From positions 32,001-96,000 of IMG/VR virus record IMGVR_UViG_3300012943_000031: a stretch of DNA of 64,000 nt. One strand, given 5' to 3'. Made by a program: the position numbers and the translations under genes. This document shows, one piece after another, positions 23,822 to 33,797 of the stretch (the first letter of the stretch is position 1; each line of letters begins with the position of its first letter). The stretch is from a virus. The notes below the pieces were generated by a model. That model saw only the letters and a program-made list of their open reading frames with translations, had not been told where the DNA came from and made no database searches.

Positions 23822-24492
23822 CAAAAAGACAAGCAATTGATTCATTACGTAACAAGTTAAGAGAAAGGAATGCTGATAGTAATTACAGCAATCAGTTTCT
23901 CTATCAGTCGTTGGTGGAACATGCTAAATGGTTAATCAAGAGAGATATATCAAGTGGACGTATCTATAAGAATACCTACTTCTTCCAGACATTAGGTTGT
24001 CAAAGAGTAATAGAAGTTCCAAGTACTGATCCATGTTGTCCAGTGAAGACGAACTGTAAAATGTATCGTACTGAATGTAAAGTTCCCGATATATGGATTG
24101 ATAACAATGGGCCTATTGTAAAGAGTGTAACATCTGTCGATGGATCAACAGATTTCTTTATAACTACTCCAACTACGTGGCAGAATAAAAGACATGACCC
24201 ATATCAAAAAAAGAGTAATCAAAATTATGTATTCTTTTCTGATGGATATTACTGGTTCCCAGAAGTAAACCCACACTATATTAACATCCTAGGGTTCTGG
24301 ACTGATGATGTTACTCAATTAAATGGATGTGATCCAAATAAGGAATGTGTTCGTTACTTAGATACACGTTTTATGATACCTGACTGGTTAGAAGCAGAAA
24401 TGTTTGCAAAAGCATTGCAACAACTTGCAGGAATAAGTAAACGTCTACCCGAAGATGAACAAATCGATAAAAACCCAACCCGTAAAAGCTAA
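23818..24492 (+). CDS. Tail tubular/ring protein
   Basis: Synteny upstream of the muzzle gene; FQTL.C..VIEV, FSDGYYW, F.IP.W motifs. Confidence 0.6.
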   Translation: MTKRQAIDSLRNKLRERNADSNYSNQFLYQSLVEHAKWLIKRDISSGRIYKNTYFFQTLGCQRVIEVPSTDPCCPVKTNCKMYRTECKVPDIWIDNNGPIVKSVTSVDGSTDFFITTPTTWQNKRHDPYQKKSNQNYVFFSDGYYWFPEVNPHYINILGFWTDDVTQLNGCDPNKECVRYLDTRFMIPDWLEAEMFAKALQQLAGISKRLPEDEQIDKNPTRKS

Positions 24493-25424
24493 TGGAACTT
24501 CTTAGAGACTACGAAAACTTTGATAGACGTAACTTACCTGTAAACCCTCATGAAATGAAGGAAGCACAGGACAAAATGTATGCTAATAATAGTAGAAATT
24601 TTGAGAACCGTCCTATTAATGAATTGATGGCTATTGTTAAACAGGACTTCAGAAAATTTGACGATGAAGGTTTGATTGATGAGGGTAATCTTATTAAGGT
24701 TATTATGCATTGTAATGAGAGACTTGGAATAGGACTCAGATCAATAAAACAAGCATGTATTCCTGTTGAGGATTTTAGAGCAAGGCTTCCATTAAACTTT
24801 GAGAAGCTTTTCTTCGTTACAGCCCTTAAAGCTACATCTACAATGGTGAGTATTGGAAGAAATCCATTTAATAATAACTTTGATAGAGATGTTATATATG
24901 AGGCAGACCTAGCCAGAGAAGACTTTGGAGGTACTACATTTTATGGTGTAACAATCAAAAGAGAAATGAATGTAACAGTTCATTCACCCGGAGAGTGGAT
25001 ACCATTAGAAGTAGTTCCCGGATCATTTGGATTTTGTCATCCCGGATCACCTAATATGACTAAGAAGGGAAAATATGCTGTTCGTATAGAAGATGGTCAT
25101 ATCATAACTCCTTTTCGTTCAGGTGAATTATATATAATGTATGTGGGCACAATGGCTGATGAAGAAGGTAATCTATTATATCCATTTCATCCACTAATTA
25201 CTCCATACTATGAGTGGTCTTTAAAGGAGAAAATTCTGCTGGATGCTATATTCAACAGTGATTCAACTGATGGAAATCTACTAATATTAGCTCAGAAAGA
25301 GAAAGCCAAAGCTTGGTTAGATGCATTTGATATTACCACATCCAGAGGATTTGGAGAATATGTACAAATGCAGAGGAAAAAAGAAATGGGTTGGTATAAT
25401 CAATACTTTAAATTCTTCCAATAA
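24492..25424 (+). CDS. Tail ring protein
   Basis: RARLP.NF, Y..EDGHI.T.F.SGELYI.Y.G...DEEG.L.YP motifs of crAss-like ring proteins. Confidence 0.6.
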   Translation: MELLRDYENFDRRNLPVNPHEMKEAQDKMYANNSRNFENRPINELMAIVKQDFRKFDDEGLIDEGNLIKVIMHCNERLGIGLRSIKQACIPVEDFRARLPLNFEKLFFVTALKATSTMVSIGRNPFNNNFDRDVIYEADLAREDFGGTTFYGVTIKREMNVTVHSPGEWIPLEVVPGSFGFCHPGSPNMTKKGKYAVRIEDGHIITPFRSGELYIMYVGTMADEEGNLLYPFHPLITPYYEWSLKEKILLDAIFNSDSTDGNLLILAQKEKAKAWLDAFDITTSRGFGEYVQMQRKKEMGWYNQYFKFFQ

Positions 25425-25741
25425 TGTTAATTAAATTAAAGGCAAAAGTTCTCCTTACATCTGAGGAACAGATGGAAGCAGAAGAGAAATATGATTTAGG
25501 AGATATTGCCAAATCAAAAGAATGGGTCTGGAGACAGATAGCCATTCCTGTTGAAGAGGTTTACAAAGTAATAGAATACAATAAATCAAAAACTATCGTC
25601 CAAACATACGACGATGAAAAGATATTAATCAATGAACCATTTGATGATCTATTTGGAAGATGGGAAGAATTGAAAATACAATTGGGGGAGTTACCTCCCC
25701 ATACCTCTGATACAGAAGAGGAAGAAGAAAATGAAGAATAA
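25424..25741 (+). CDS. Hypothetical acidic protein
   Basis: TAATG-coupled on both sides. Confidence 0.65.
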   Translation: MLIKLKAKVLLTSEEQMEAEEKYDLGDIAKSKEWVWRQIAIPVEEVYKVIEYNKSKTIVQTYDDEKILINEPFDDLFGRWEELKIQLGELPPHTSDTEEEEENEE

Positions 25742-28700
25742 TGGCTGAAAATCTACAGAATACAACTCAGGTAACAACTAATGTTACATCAAAGGCTGGA
25801 CTTGTAAGTGATATGAACTCCTCATACTTAAATGAGGAAAGTTATAGTCATGCACGTAATGCTGTACGTAATAGTAAGGATGGAGACTTGGGGACTATTG
25901 GTAATGAACCTTCAAATGAATTATGCTTCACAGCACCATATAAAATCATAGGTCACGTTGATTTGCCTGATGATAAGCTACTTATATTCTCAACTGATAA
26001 TATAAATAGTGAGATAGGTATAGGTGATCCTATAGCTTGTTCATATGAGAAACTTCTTAACTCAAGATGTCTTAATTTCTCAGATAAATATCCTATAACA
26101 GGTGTTGCTAAGAAGGATTTTCAGAAAGGTGTGATAGCCACATTTACAGATAAATTCAATCCTGTAAGAAGGATTCAATTAAAGAATGCAACATCTATCA
26201 CTACATGTGATGATTTACTGCTGTTTAAGAAGATTGATACACCATGTCTTGAGTTACAAAAAACTCAGGTAGGTAATGTACCTAATGGTATGTACTCTGT
26301 AGCTATTGCTTATGTAGTTGATGGTCAGGTATTTAGTGACTGGTATGGATTATCCCAACGTATCCCTCTCTACAGTGAGAGTGGTAATAATTCCTTTGAT
26401 GTAAAAATCAGTGGGTTAGATCAAGAATTTGACCAGTTTGCTTTAGTAGTTGTTGGTAACTTTATTGACCCTGAAACTAAGGGTGTGTCCAAATTAGCCA
26501 AACAAATAGGTATCTTCTCTACCAAGGTAAGAAGTGTCTCTGTAACAGATTTCATTAATAGCAACTATACTGAAATATTACTGTCCAACTTAGTAATCCA
26601 AAAGAAGACTTGGTTAAAGGCTGGTATCATATCATCCAATGCAAACTATCTTCTGTTAGGTGATCTTGTATCACGTCCTGAAGAAAATTACCAGCTTAAG
26701 GCTATGTCTATAAAAGCTGAGTATGTTGTAGAACAGGTTCCTGTAGATTACTATGAACAGGAAGGATTAGATGTAGGATATTATAGGGATGAAAACTACG
26801 ACTTTTACATACAAGGTGTATATAATACTGGTGAATTAACTGAGAAATATCACATACCCGGAAGAGTAGCAGAATCTAATGATTTATCAATTGTTAGTAG
26901 TGGAGATGTTTATGAGTATGATAAACAGTTTAATGACTGTGATCCTACCGAGAAAATATCACGTTGGAAAGTAGAGAATACAGCAGGTAGAATGATACCT
27001 ACTGGTGATGAATTCAAATGTAATAGAAGAATATTAGGTACAGGTGAGTTAGGATACCACCAATCAACAGATACCTACCCAGACAACACTGATATGTTTG
27101 GTGAGTGGGCAAATACACCCATTCGTTATCATAAATTCCCTGATGAGTGTAAAGTTCCACGTTATCAGAAGATAGATGGAGTAACTTACATTAACATATT
27201 AGGTATTCGTTTCTCTGAAATTCCAAAGTTTGATAATCCAGATATTATTGGATACAAAATTACTCGTTCTGACAGAAAGGGTGGGAATGGTACAGTTGTA
27301 GCAAGAGGTCTTATGTCTAACATACGTTCATACGTAGATGTTACAACAAGAGATACTATCATGTATAACAACTACACAGTTAATGACTTATCTGCTGACC
27401 AGTATTTATCATCTACTCAAACAGTATATAAAAGTGGTAGAGAAACAAACTTTACACCTCTGGTAGATTATTATCAGGATAGATTTGCTTTCTATTCACC
27501 TCATACATCATTTGAACCACGTTACTCACTTGGTACAGAGATTAAGATTGAGAGTGAGGAAATTGCTACTGTAACAGGTCAGTTTGAGAAAGTATTCAAT
27601 CACCCACGTCAGAAGTTGATGAACCAATTCTCATTCTGGTTAGCTGCTGCTGTAGGTTTCATTGAAGCTGCATTAGTAATAATAGGTAAGAGAACTGAAG
27701 GTTCTAATAAACAAGCTAAGATTTCTGCTGAAGGTGTATCATCAGGTACATCTGATACATGGGAATTTGATAGAACATATCCTTTCCAGTCAGTAGAAGA
27801 TTTGATAGGTCTGGACATTGTTGGATATGTGACTGATAGAATATTAGCCAGAAAATTTGATGTATCAACAATTACCTCAATTTTGACAGTAATTGCATCA
27901 TTAGGTATCAAGATACCTTACTCTATCTTCTCAGGTATTAAAGCTGCTGATGATATGTTCCAAATAATCTATGACTTTACTGGGTATACAGACTATGTAT
28001 ATCAGTACAATGCCATAGCTGAGTTTGACAGATCAATATGTACTCCTACAGGTCAGAAAAGAAGAAGGTTAACATTCCCGGCAACATATATTCCAGCAAC
28101 TGTAGTTACTGTAAATAACACGATATTAAATAATTTAAATAGAGAACGTTTTGTTTACCTACAATTAAACAAACCTCTCAATGATCCTTCTGTGAAGGAT
28201 ACCACACGTCAGACAGCTAGTGGATTTGGTGTATGTGATAACTTGGATAAGAAGACGTCTTCAACAGCATCCATGTTTTATGCCACATCAAAAGTGCCTA
28301 ATCCTAATCAGTATGGTCAGTTAGGTTCATCTTCAGCAGTATCAATGCACTCATGTATATTCAAATTTGAAGATGAATTGACAACCACTCCAGTTCTGTA
28401 TGGTGGAGATTGTATTATTACACGTTTCCAGTTCCTTAAGAAAATGCAGTTCTTCTCACAGAACATTGCCGGAACTGATCCTGTAACTAATGCACGTTAC
28501 CCAGATGGTGTAGAATATGATTACAGAAAGTATAGAAATATAGCTTTCCCTCGTTTTTGGATGGATTCAACTAAGTATGATTTCTCTGAGTTAATCTCAG
28601 GTACACGTATTAACTATGCACGTTTCTCACGTACAACCTCGTCTAAGCATAACTTAGACTGTAAGGAAGGTGATAAGAGAAATATTGCACGTATTGATGA

Positions 28701-30345
28701 TGCTTACATGTATCTATTCAATAATGCTGCAATAGACTTCATAGTAGAATGTGATTACCATGCTGAGTTTAGAGAGAAGACAGAAATGCCATTCTACTCT
28801 AAAAACAATAAGGATATATCTCAAATATTCCGTGCAGACAGAATGAATAGAGAAGAAGAATTTGTTGTGTCACGTGCATACAATGATCTGTATCCAACAG
28901 AGGTATATGCTCCACAACAGAGATATAACTTTGATCCTAATGATCCAGTTCCAGCAGAACAGCCAAACAGTGTAATTTACTCACTACCTTCATTCAATCT
29001 ACAGGAAGTAGATAACTGGCAGTATTTCCTACCAGCAAACTACTTTGCTTTTAGAGAGAGTGATTTTGGTTCCCTTACAGGAATGCATAAGTTAGATCAG
29101 GATAGAATTATATTCCTGTTCTCTAAATCATCTCCATTCGTATCTATGGGTAGAGATTTCTTAGAATTAGAACAGTCAGGTAGAAAAGTAACAATCGGAG
29201 ATGGCGGTTTGTTCGCACAAGACCCACGTGAAGTTATGCCTACAGATAATAACTATGGTGCATGTACATCACGTTATGCTTTTGCTAACACACATCTAGG
29301 TAGATACTATCCATCTGCTGTACAAGGTAGAATCATGAATTTCACAGAATCATTAGATGATGTGGCAAGACAAGGTGTATCTTACTGGTGCAAAAACTAT
29401 ATGCCAATATCATTATATGATTACTTCCCAACATATGAAAAACAGGAGAATCCTGTAAATGGTGTTGGATACCTAATGGCATTTGATTCATTCTATGAAA
29501 CAGTGTACATAACTAAGAGGGATTTTGTCCCTGTTCCAGAGTTGGTAGATGATATTGAGTACAGAGATGGTAAATTCTTCTACAGAAATAATGAAGTTTC
29601 ACTACACAATTCAACATACTTCAAGGATATATCATGGACTTTATCTTATTCTCCACTAGAGAAAGGATTCGTAAGTTATCATGATTGGCATCCAGACTGG
29701 GTAATCCAGCAGGATAATCACTTTATGACAGTTAAGGATAATGGGGTATGGAAACATAATGAAAGATATGATAGCTACTGTAATTTCTATACTGTAGATT
29801 GGCCGTTTGAAATAGAGTTTGTTAGTAACTCAGGTCAACAGGTACACACAGTTCGTTCTATGGAATACCTGTTAGAAGTATATAAATACAAGAATTTCGG
29901 TAGAGATCGTTTCCATGTACATCATCAAAACTTTGATGCTCTGATAGTTAGAAACACAGAACAAATATCCCCACTTCTGAAGTTGAATTATTCTTCTTCA
30001 GACCCAGAAAGAGATTTAGCATATCCATCAAAGGACACTGTTAATCCCGTAGCATGGAATGTACTATTCTCTAAAGAGGAGAACAAATACAGAGTAAATA
30101 TGTTCTGGGATGCAACAAAGGACAGAGGTGAATTTACCAATAGTGATTTCCACCTATTCCCAACAGATGAAAGTGGTTACAAAAATGTAATTAATCCTCT
30201 TGGTATGGATGTAGATAAACCAGAGGAGCAAAGAAAGAAATTCAGACATTACTGGAATAAGTTCCGTCTGATTAAGACAGTCTCAGGTGAAAACAAATTC
30301 ATCTGCAAGATATATAATATAAAAAAACAAATATCTATTAGATAA
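25741..30345 (+). CDS. Tail stabilization/muzzle protein (P22 gp10-like)
   Basis: 1534 aa beta-rich; GL.SD....Y..A.N, GGDC.I, WTLSYS....FVSYHDWHP motifs; synteny. Confidence 0.75.
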   Translation: MAENLQNTTQVTTNVTSKAGLVSDMNSSYLNEESYSHARNAVRNSKDGDLGTIGNEPSNELCFTAPYKIIGHVDLPDDKLLIFSTDNINSEIGIGDPIACSYEKLLNSRCLNFSDKYPITGVAKKDFQKGVIATFTDKFNPVRRIQLKNATSITTCDDLLLFKKIDTPCLELQKTQVGNVPNGMYSVAIAYVVDGQVFSDWYGLSQRIPLYSESGNNSFDVKISGLDQEFDQFALVVVGNFIDPETKGVSKLAKQIGIFSTKVRSVSVTDFINSNYTEILLSNLVIQKKTWLKAGIISSNANYLLLGDLVSRPEENYQLKAMSIKAEYVVEQVPVDYYEQEGLDVGYYRDENYDFYIQGVYNTGELTEKYHIPGRVAESNDLSIVSSGDVYEYDKQFNDCDPTEKISRWKVENTAGRMIPTGDEFKCNRRILGTGELGYHQSTDTYPDNTDMFGEWANTPIRYHKFPDECKVPRYQKIDGVTYINILGIRFSEIPKFDNPDIIGYKITRSDRKGGNGTVVARGLMSNIRSYVDVTTRDTIMYNNYTVNDLSADQYLSSTQTVYKSGRETNFTPLVDYYQDRFAFYSPHTSFEPRYSLGTEIKIESEEIATVTGQFEKVFNHPRQKLMNQFSFWLAAAVGFIEAALVIIGKRTEGSNKQAKISAEGVSSGTSDTWEFDRTYPFQSVEDLIGLDIVGYVTDRILARKFDVSTITSILTVIASLGIKIPYSIFSGIKAADDMFQIIYDFTGYTDYVYQYNAIAEFDRSICTPTGQKRRRLTFPATYIPATVVTVNNTILNNLNRERFVYLQLNKPLNDPSVKDTTRQTASGFGVCDNLDKKTSSTASMFYATSKVPNPNQYGQLGSSSAVSMHSCIFKFEDELTTTPVLYGGDCIITRFQFLKKMQFFSQNIAGTDPVTNARYPDGVEYDYRKYRNIAFPRFWMDSTKYDFSELISGTRINYARFSRTTSSKHNLDCKEGDKRNIARIDDAYMYLFNNAAIDFIVECDYHAEFREKTEMPFYSKNNKDISQIFRADRMNREEEFVVSRAYNDLYPTEVYAPQQRYNFDPNDPVPAEQPNSVIYSLPSFNLQEVDNWQYFLPANYFAFRESDFGSLTGMHKLDQDRIIFLFSKSSPFVSMGRDFLELEQSGRKVTIGDGGLFAQDPREVMPTDNNYGACTSRYAFANTHLGRYYPSAVQGRIMNFTESLDDVARQGVSYWCKNYMPISLYDYFPTYEKQENPVNGVGYLMAFDSFYETVYITKRDFVPVPELVDDIEYRDGKFFYRNNEVSLHNSTYFKDISWTLSYSPLEKGFVSYHDWHPDWVIQQDNHFMTVKDNGVWKHNERYDSYCNFYTVDWPFEIEFVSNSGQQVHTVRSMEYLLEVYKYKNFGRDRFHVHHQNFDALIVRNTEQISPLLKLNYSSSDPERDLAYPSKDTVNPVAWNVLFSKEENKYRVNMFWDATKDRGEFTNSDFHLFPTDESGYKNVINPLGMDVDKPEEQRKKFRHYWNKFRLIKTVSGENKFICKIYNIKKQISIR

Positions 30346-31796
30346 TGAAACACCCAAAGAATTGTAAGAAATGTGGTGGAAAAATGCAAGCAGGTGGATT
30401 GCAACCCTATGTACAGTCCAATACTGTAGCAGGTTCCATAACACCTACAGGTCAGTCATCATTGATAAATAATTCAAATATGACACCTGAGCAAATTGCT
30501 GCATTAGCACAACAGTATGGTTTCCGTACTGACAGTAATAAGAATTTACAGGAAGACTTATTTGGTTATGCCCAGAAAAATCAACCACAAGCATACAATG
30601 CTGTAATGGGAAAGTATGGTCAAACTAACTCAGGTTCATTTGTAGATGGAATGCTTGGTGCACGTACAACAGATTTACTTCAGTCTCTACAGAGACCACA
30701 ACCCCCTGCACCTCAACCAGCAAGAGCTTCTCTTACTGAACACTTCTTTGGCCCTGACCAACATGCTTTGGGTATGGCATCACAGAGGTATAGAGATTCT
30801 CAATCTGTAGAAGATGCAGGTGTTGTTAATACAGCAGCACCTCAGGAATGGGTTGATTTCCAATACTATAAACCAAATAGTACAGATATTGATGAATCAA
30901 GAGGTCGTTATAAAATACCTAACTCTGTTTGGACAAACCAAATATCAAGAGGTACAAATCGTATCACTGATCCTACATTATTAGATCAATACAGAATGGA
31001 CTCTCCTTCAATAGCTTCTAAAATGAGAGGTGGTATACTACAATCTGGTGGTAGGATTGATTTGAGTAGTTATAATCAACTAATCAGACCTGAGGATATA
31101 ATTTACCCAGAAATGGATACATCAGATTTAGGAATGTCACCACGTGTTCCAAGATTTATTGAAGGTGTAGAAAAGGGTATTGTTGATTTACCAAAAGGTT
31201 ATACTTCTGCACAGGAGTACTATAACTTTGTCAATTCACCTGCTGAGAGAAAAAGAAATCCAGCTACTCCAAAAAACTGGAGACAGAATCTAGGATTAGG
31301 TATAATGGGATTAACAGCTTTGGGTTCAGAGATTTCAGGTAGAGTTGCTAGAGCACGTCAAAATCAATATGATTATGACCAGCAAACAGCTTTAGGTATG
31401 ATGAATCCTATGCCAACTACAGACTACCAACCAAATCCTTACTCACTTTACTCAAAGTATGGTGGTAAACTTAAGATGAAAAAATATGGTGGTTTACAAC
31501 ACGTAGATTACTTTGGGCCTCCATTCTCTAATGGAGCAACATATAAATTTTCTGATGCAGAGAAGTATGATAAAACAGTGGTTTCCAGAAAGTTAGTACC
31601 ACAATTATTCCTAAGTAAATTTGTAAAGAAGAAAGAAGGTGGTATTCACATTAAACCTGAGAACAAAGGTAAATTTACAGACTACTGTGGTGGAAAAGTA
31701 ACAGATGAATGTATTCAGAAAGGACTTAATTCTCCTTCAGCAACTATAAGAAAAAGAGCACAGTTTGCAAAAAACAGTAGGTCATGGAACAAGTAA
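30345..31796 (+). CDS. Putative virion cargo protein with repeated xxGG motifs
   Basis: C-terminal GGIHIKPENKGKFT...RKRAQFAKN block; several K/Q-x-GG motifs. Confidence 0.6.
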   Translation: MKHPKNCKKCGGKMQAGGLQPYVQSNTVAGSITPTGQSSLINNSNMTPEQIAALAQQYGFRTDSNKNLQEDLFGYAQKNQPQAYNAVMGKYGQTNSGSFVDGMLGARTTDLLQSLQRPQPPAPQPARASLTEHFFGPDQHALGMASQRYRDSQSVEDAGVVNTAAPQEWVDFQYYKPNSTDIDESRGRYKIPNSVWTNQISRGTNRITDPTLLDQYRMDSPSIASKMRGGILQSGGRIDLSSYNQLIRPEDIIYPEMDTSDLGMSPRVPRFIEGVEKGIVDLPKGYTSAQEYYNFVNSPAERKRNPATPKNWRQNLGLGIMGLTALGSEISGRVARARQNQYDYDQQTALGMMNPMPTTDYQPNPYSLYSKYGGKLKMKKYGGLQHVDYFGPPFSNGATYKFSDAEKYDKTVVSRKLVPQLFLSKFVKKKEGGIHIKPENKGKFTDYCGGKVTDECIQKGLNSPSATIRKRAQFAKNSRSWNK

Positions 31797-32335
31797 AAAA
31801 GAAAGGACATAGAACTAAATTCATTCAATTCAATTCTGATGGAGAATTATTGTGCTATATTTGTAAGAATTATAAAGATACACCTTTGTTTGATGATAAT
31901 CTTACAAATACACACAGAGATTGTAAAGATAGAAGATGTAAATCATGTAAACATGATGCTTATGAAAGAAGAAGAGCATCTACTAGAGGTCAAAAAGACC
32001 TAAGAAGAATACTTGTAGAAAGGATTGCTGCTGCAAAGGATAGAGTAAAGAAATCTGGTTTTGAGATGAAAATAACATTGGAAGACCTTCAAGATTTATG
32101 GGATTTACAAGATGGTAAATGTGCAATATCAGGTATACAAATGACTTACATATTTAACAATGGTAGAACACCAACTAATGTAAGTCTTGATAGAATTAAC
32201 CCTTTGGAAGGATATACTAAGGAAAACATACAGCTTGTATGTATGGCAACTAACCAGATGAAATCTGATTTATCTATGGATGAACTTCTATATTTTTGTG
32301 AACAGATTTCAAAGAATGCAAGAAAATGGCACTAA
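31784..32335 (+). CDS. HNH-type endonuclease
   Basis: CxxC...CxxC zinc ribbon; QDGKCAISG...SLDRI....GYTKENIQLVC...N.MK. Confidence 0.8.
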   Translation: MEQVKKKGHRTKFIQFNSDGELLCYICKNYKDTPLFDDNLTNTHRDCKDRRCKSCKHDAYERRRASTRGQKDLRRILVERIAAAKDRVKKSGFEMKITLEDLQDLWDLQDGKCAISGIQMTYIFNNGRTPTNVSLDRINPLEGYTKENIQLVCMATNQMKSDLSMDELLYFCEQISKNARKWH

Positions 32336-33792
32336 AGAAAAGATATAAAGGTAAGTATCAAAGAGGAGGAACAACACCTGATCCAAGGAATGTTGCTGAC
32401 TTCTATTTGGGTAAACCAGAAGTATCCTATAAACCAACAAGATTTGATAGTAACTATAAACAGGGTACTTCCGAGACTGGTAATAATATGGTCAGAAATG
32501 TTCTGACATATTTCACAGGTGCAGGTTTCAATAAGAATGAAAGACCTGAATCTCAATATAGACCATCAAAAGAAACTGATCCTTCAGCAAAATATTACAC
32601 TTATCCATATCTGAAGAATGATGTGATGCAGGATTTAACAGACGGGAGTTATTCTGAGAAAATCAACTGGCAACAGCAAAACTTTAAGAAGGAAAATCCA
32701 GCCTACATACCTCTTGAGATAAAGGATAAAACATTTGATGAGTACTATAATTACCTATCAAATTCACCAAAGAAAATGGCTCCTCATAGTGGCAGTTCAA
32801 TTAATTTAGGACATTACCAACTAGCTCCCGGTAAAGATGAAACAGGGAGATACCTGTCTGTTTATGATAAATATGACTGGAATCTACTAGAGCAGATGGG
32901 AATAGAGGGAAATAGTTGGGAAATATATGATAGGATATATGAAGATGAGTGGAATAAAATTAAACCTAAGAAACAAATGGGTGGGGATATGAAATCGATA
33001 CTGGGGTATTCTAAGAACTCACCTTACCAGAACGATCCCTTTATTGATATTTTCACACCCAGAGGTCTTATTGATATGTCAAATACTCCAAAGGATTTGA
33101 TTGGGATAGACAACAAAGGTAATAAGAAGAAGATGAAGGCATTCTCCAAAAACCCTTACAAGTTTGAAGGAGATATTGTGAGAGAAATGCCAGCAAGAAA
33201 TCCATATCAAATGGGAGGTATTAGTAACGATCAACTATACTCATACCTATTTGATGATGATGAAGAGGAAGAAATTATACAACCAGAAGAACCTATGGAA
33301 ATAGAGGATGAAGATAAAGCTCCATCACTACTTAAGAATGAAAGACTTCTACAACAGAGAGTTGAGTCAGACTTAGCTATGGAACAGGCAGAATTGTCAT
33401 TTGAAAATCCATATCGTCGTAAACCAGATATGTTTGGAAATGCTCTGTTTGATGAAGAAGAGGAAGATTTACCAACCTCATACACAGGACAAATCTCATC
33501 TGGTAAATGGGGAAATCAGAATATAGGTCAGTATGGTCAGAAAATAATCGGGGAAGTAACAAACGCACTAGGATATACTCCTCAATTCAATTCCATATTT
33601 AGAGACGCTAAACAGCAACAACAACTTGTTAAACAAGGGATTGGAGCAAAAAATTCATATCATTTAACAGGAGATGCTGTAGATATGAAACCAGCAGACT
33701 GGAATAATTTACCACAAGAAAAAAAGATGTACTTTCGTGCTAATTACGATGTAGTCTACCATAACAACCACTATCACATAGAACCAAAATAA
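32326..33792 (+). CDS. Putative cargo protein with C-terminal M15-like Zn peptidase
   Basis: SIFR...SYHLTGDAVD...HYHIE (H-x6-D and HxH). Confidence 0.7.
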   Translation: MALKKRYKGKYQRGGTTPDPRNVADFYLGKPEVSYKPTRFDSNYKQGTSETGNNMVRNVLTYFTGAGFNKNERPESQYRPSKETDPSAKYYTYPYLKNDVMQDLTDGSYSEKINWQQQNFKKENPAYIPLEIKDKTFDEYYNYLSNSPKKMAPHSGSSINLGHYQLAPGKDETGRYLSVYDKYDWNLLEQMGIEGNSWEIYDRIYEDEWNKIKPKKQMGGDMKSILGYSKNSPYQNDPFIDIFTPRGLIDMSNTPKDLIGIDNKGNKKKMKAFSKNPYKFEGDIVREMPARNPYQMGGISNDQLYSYLFDDDEEEEIIQPEEPMEIEDEDKAPSLLKNERLLQQRVESDLAMEQAELSFENPYRRKPDMFGNALFDEEEEDLPTSYTGQISSGKWGNQNIGQYGQKIIGEVTNALGYTPQFNSIFRDAKQQQQLVKQGIGAKNSYHLTGDAVDMKPADWNNLPQEKKMYFRANYDVVYHNNHYHIEPK

Positions 33793-33797
33793 ATAAT

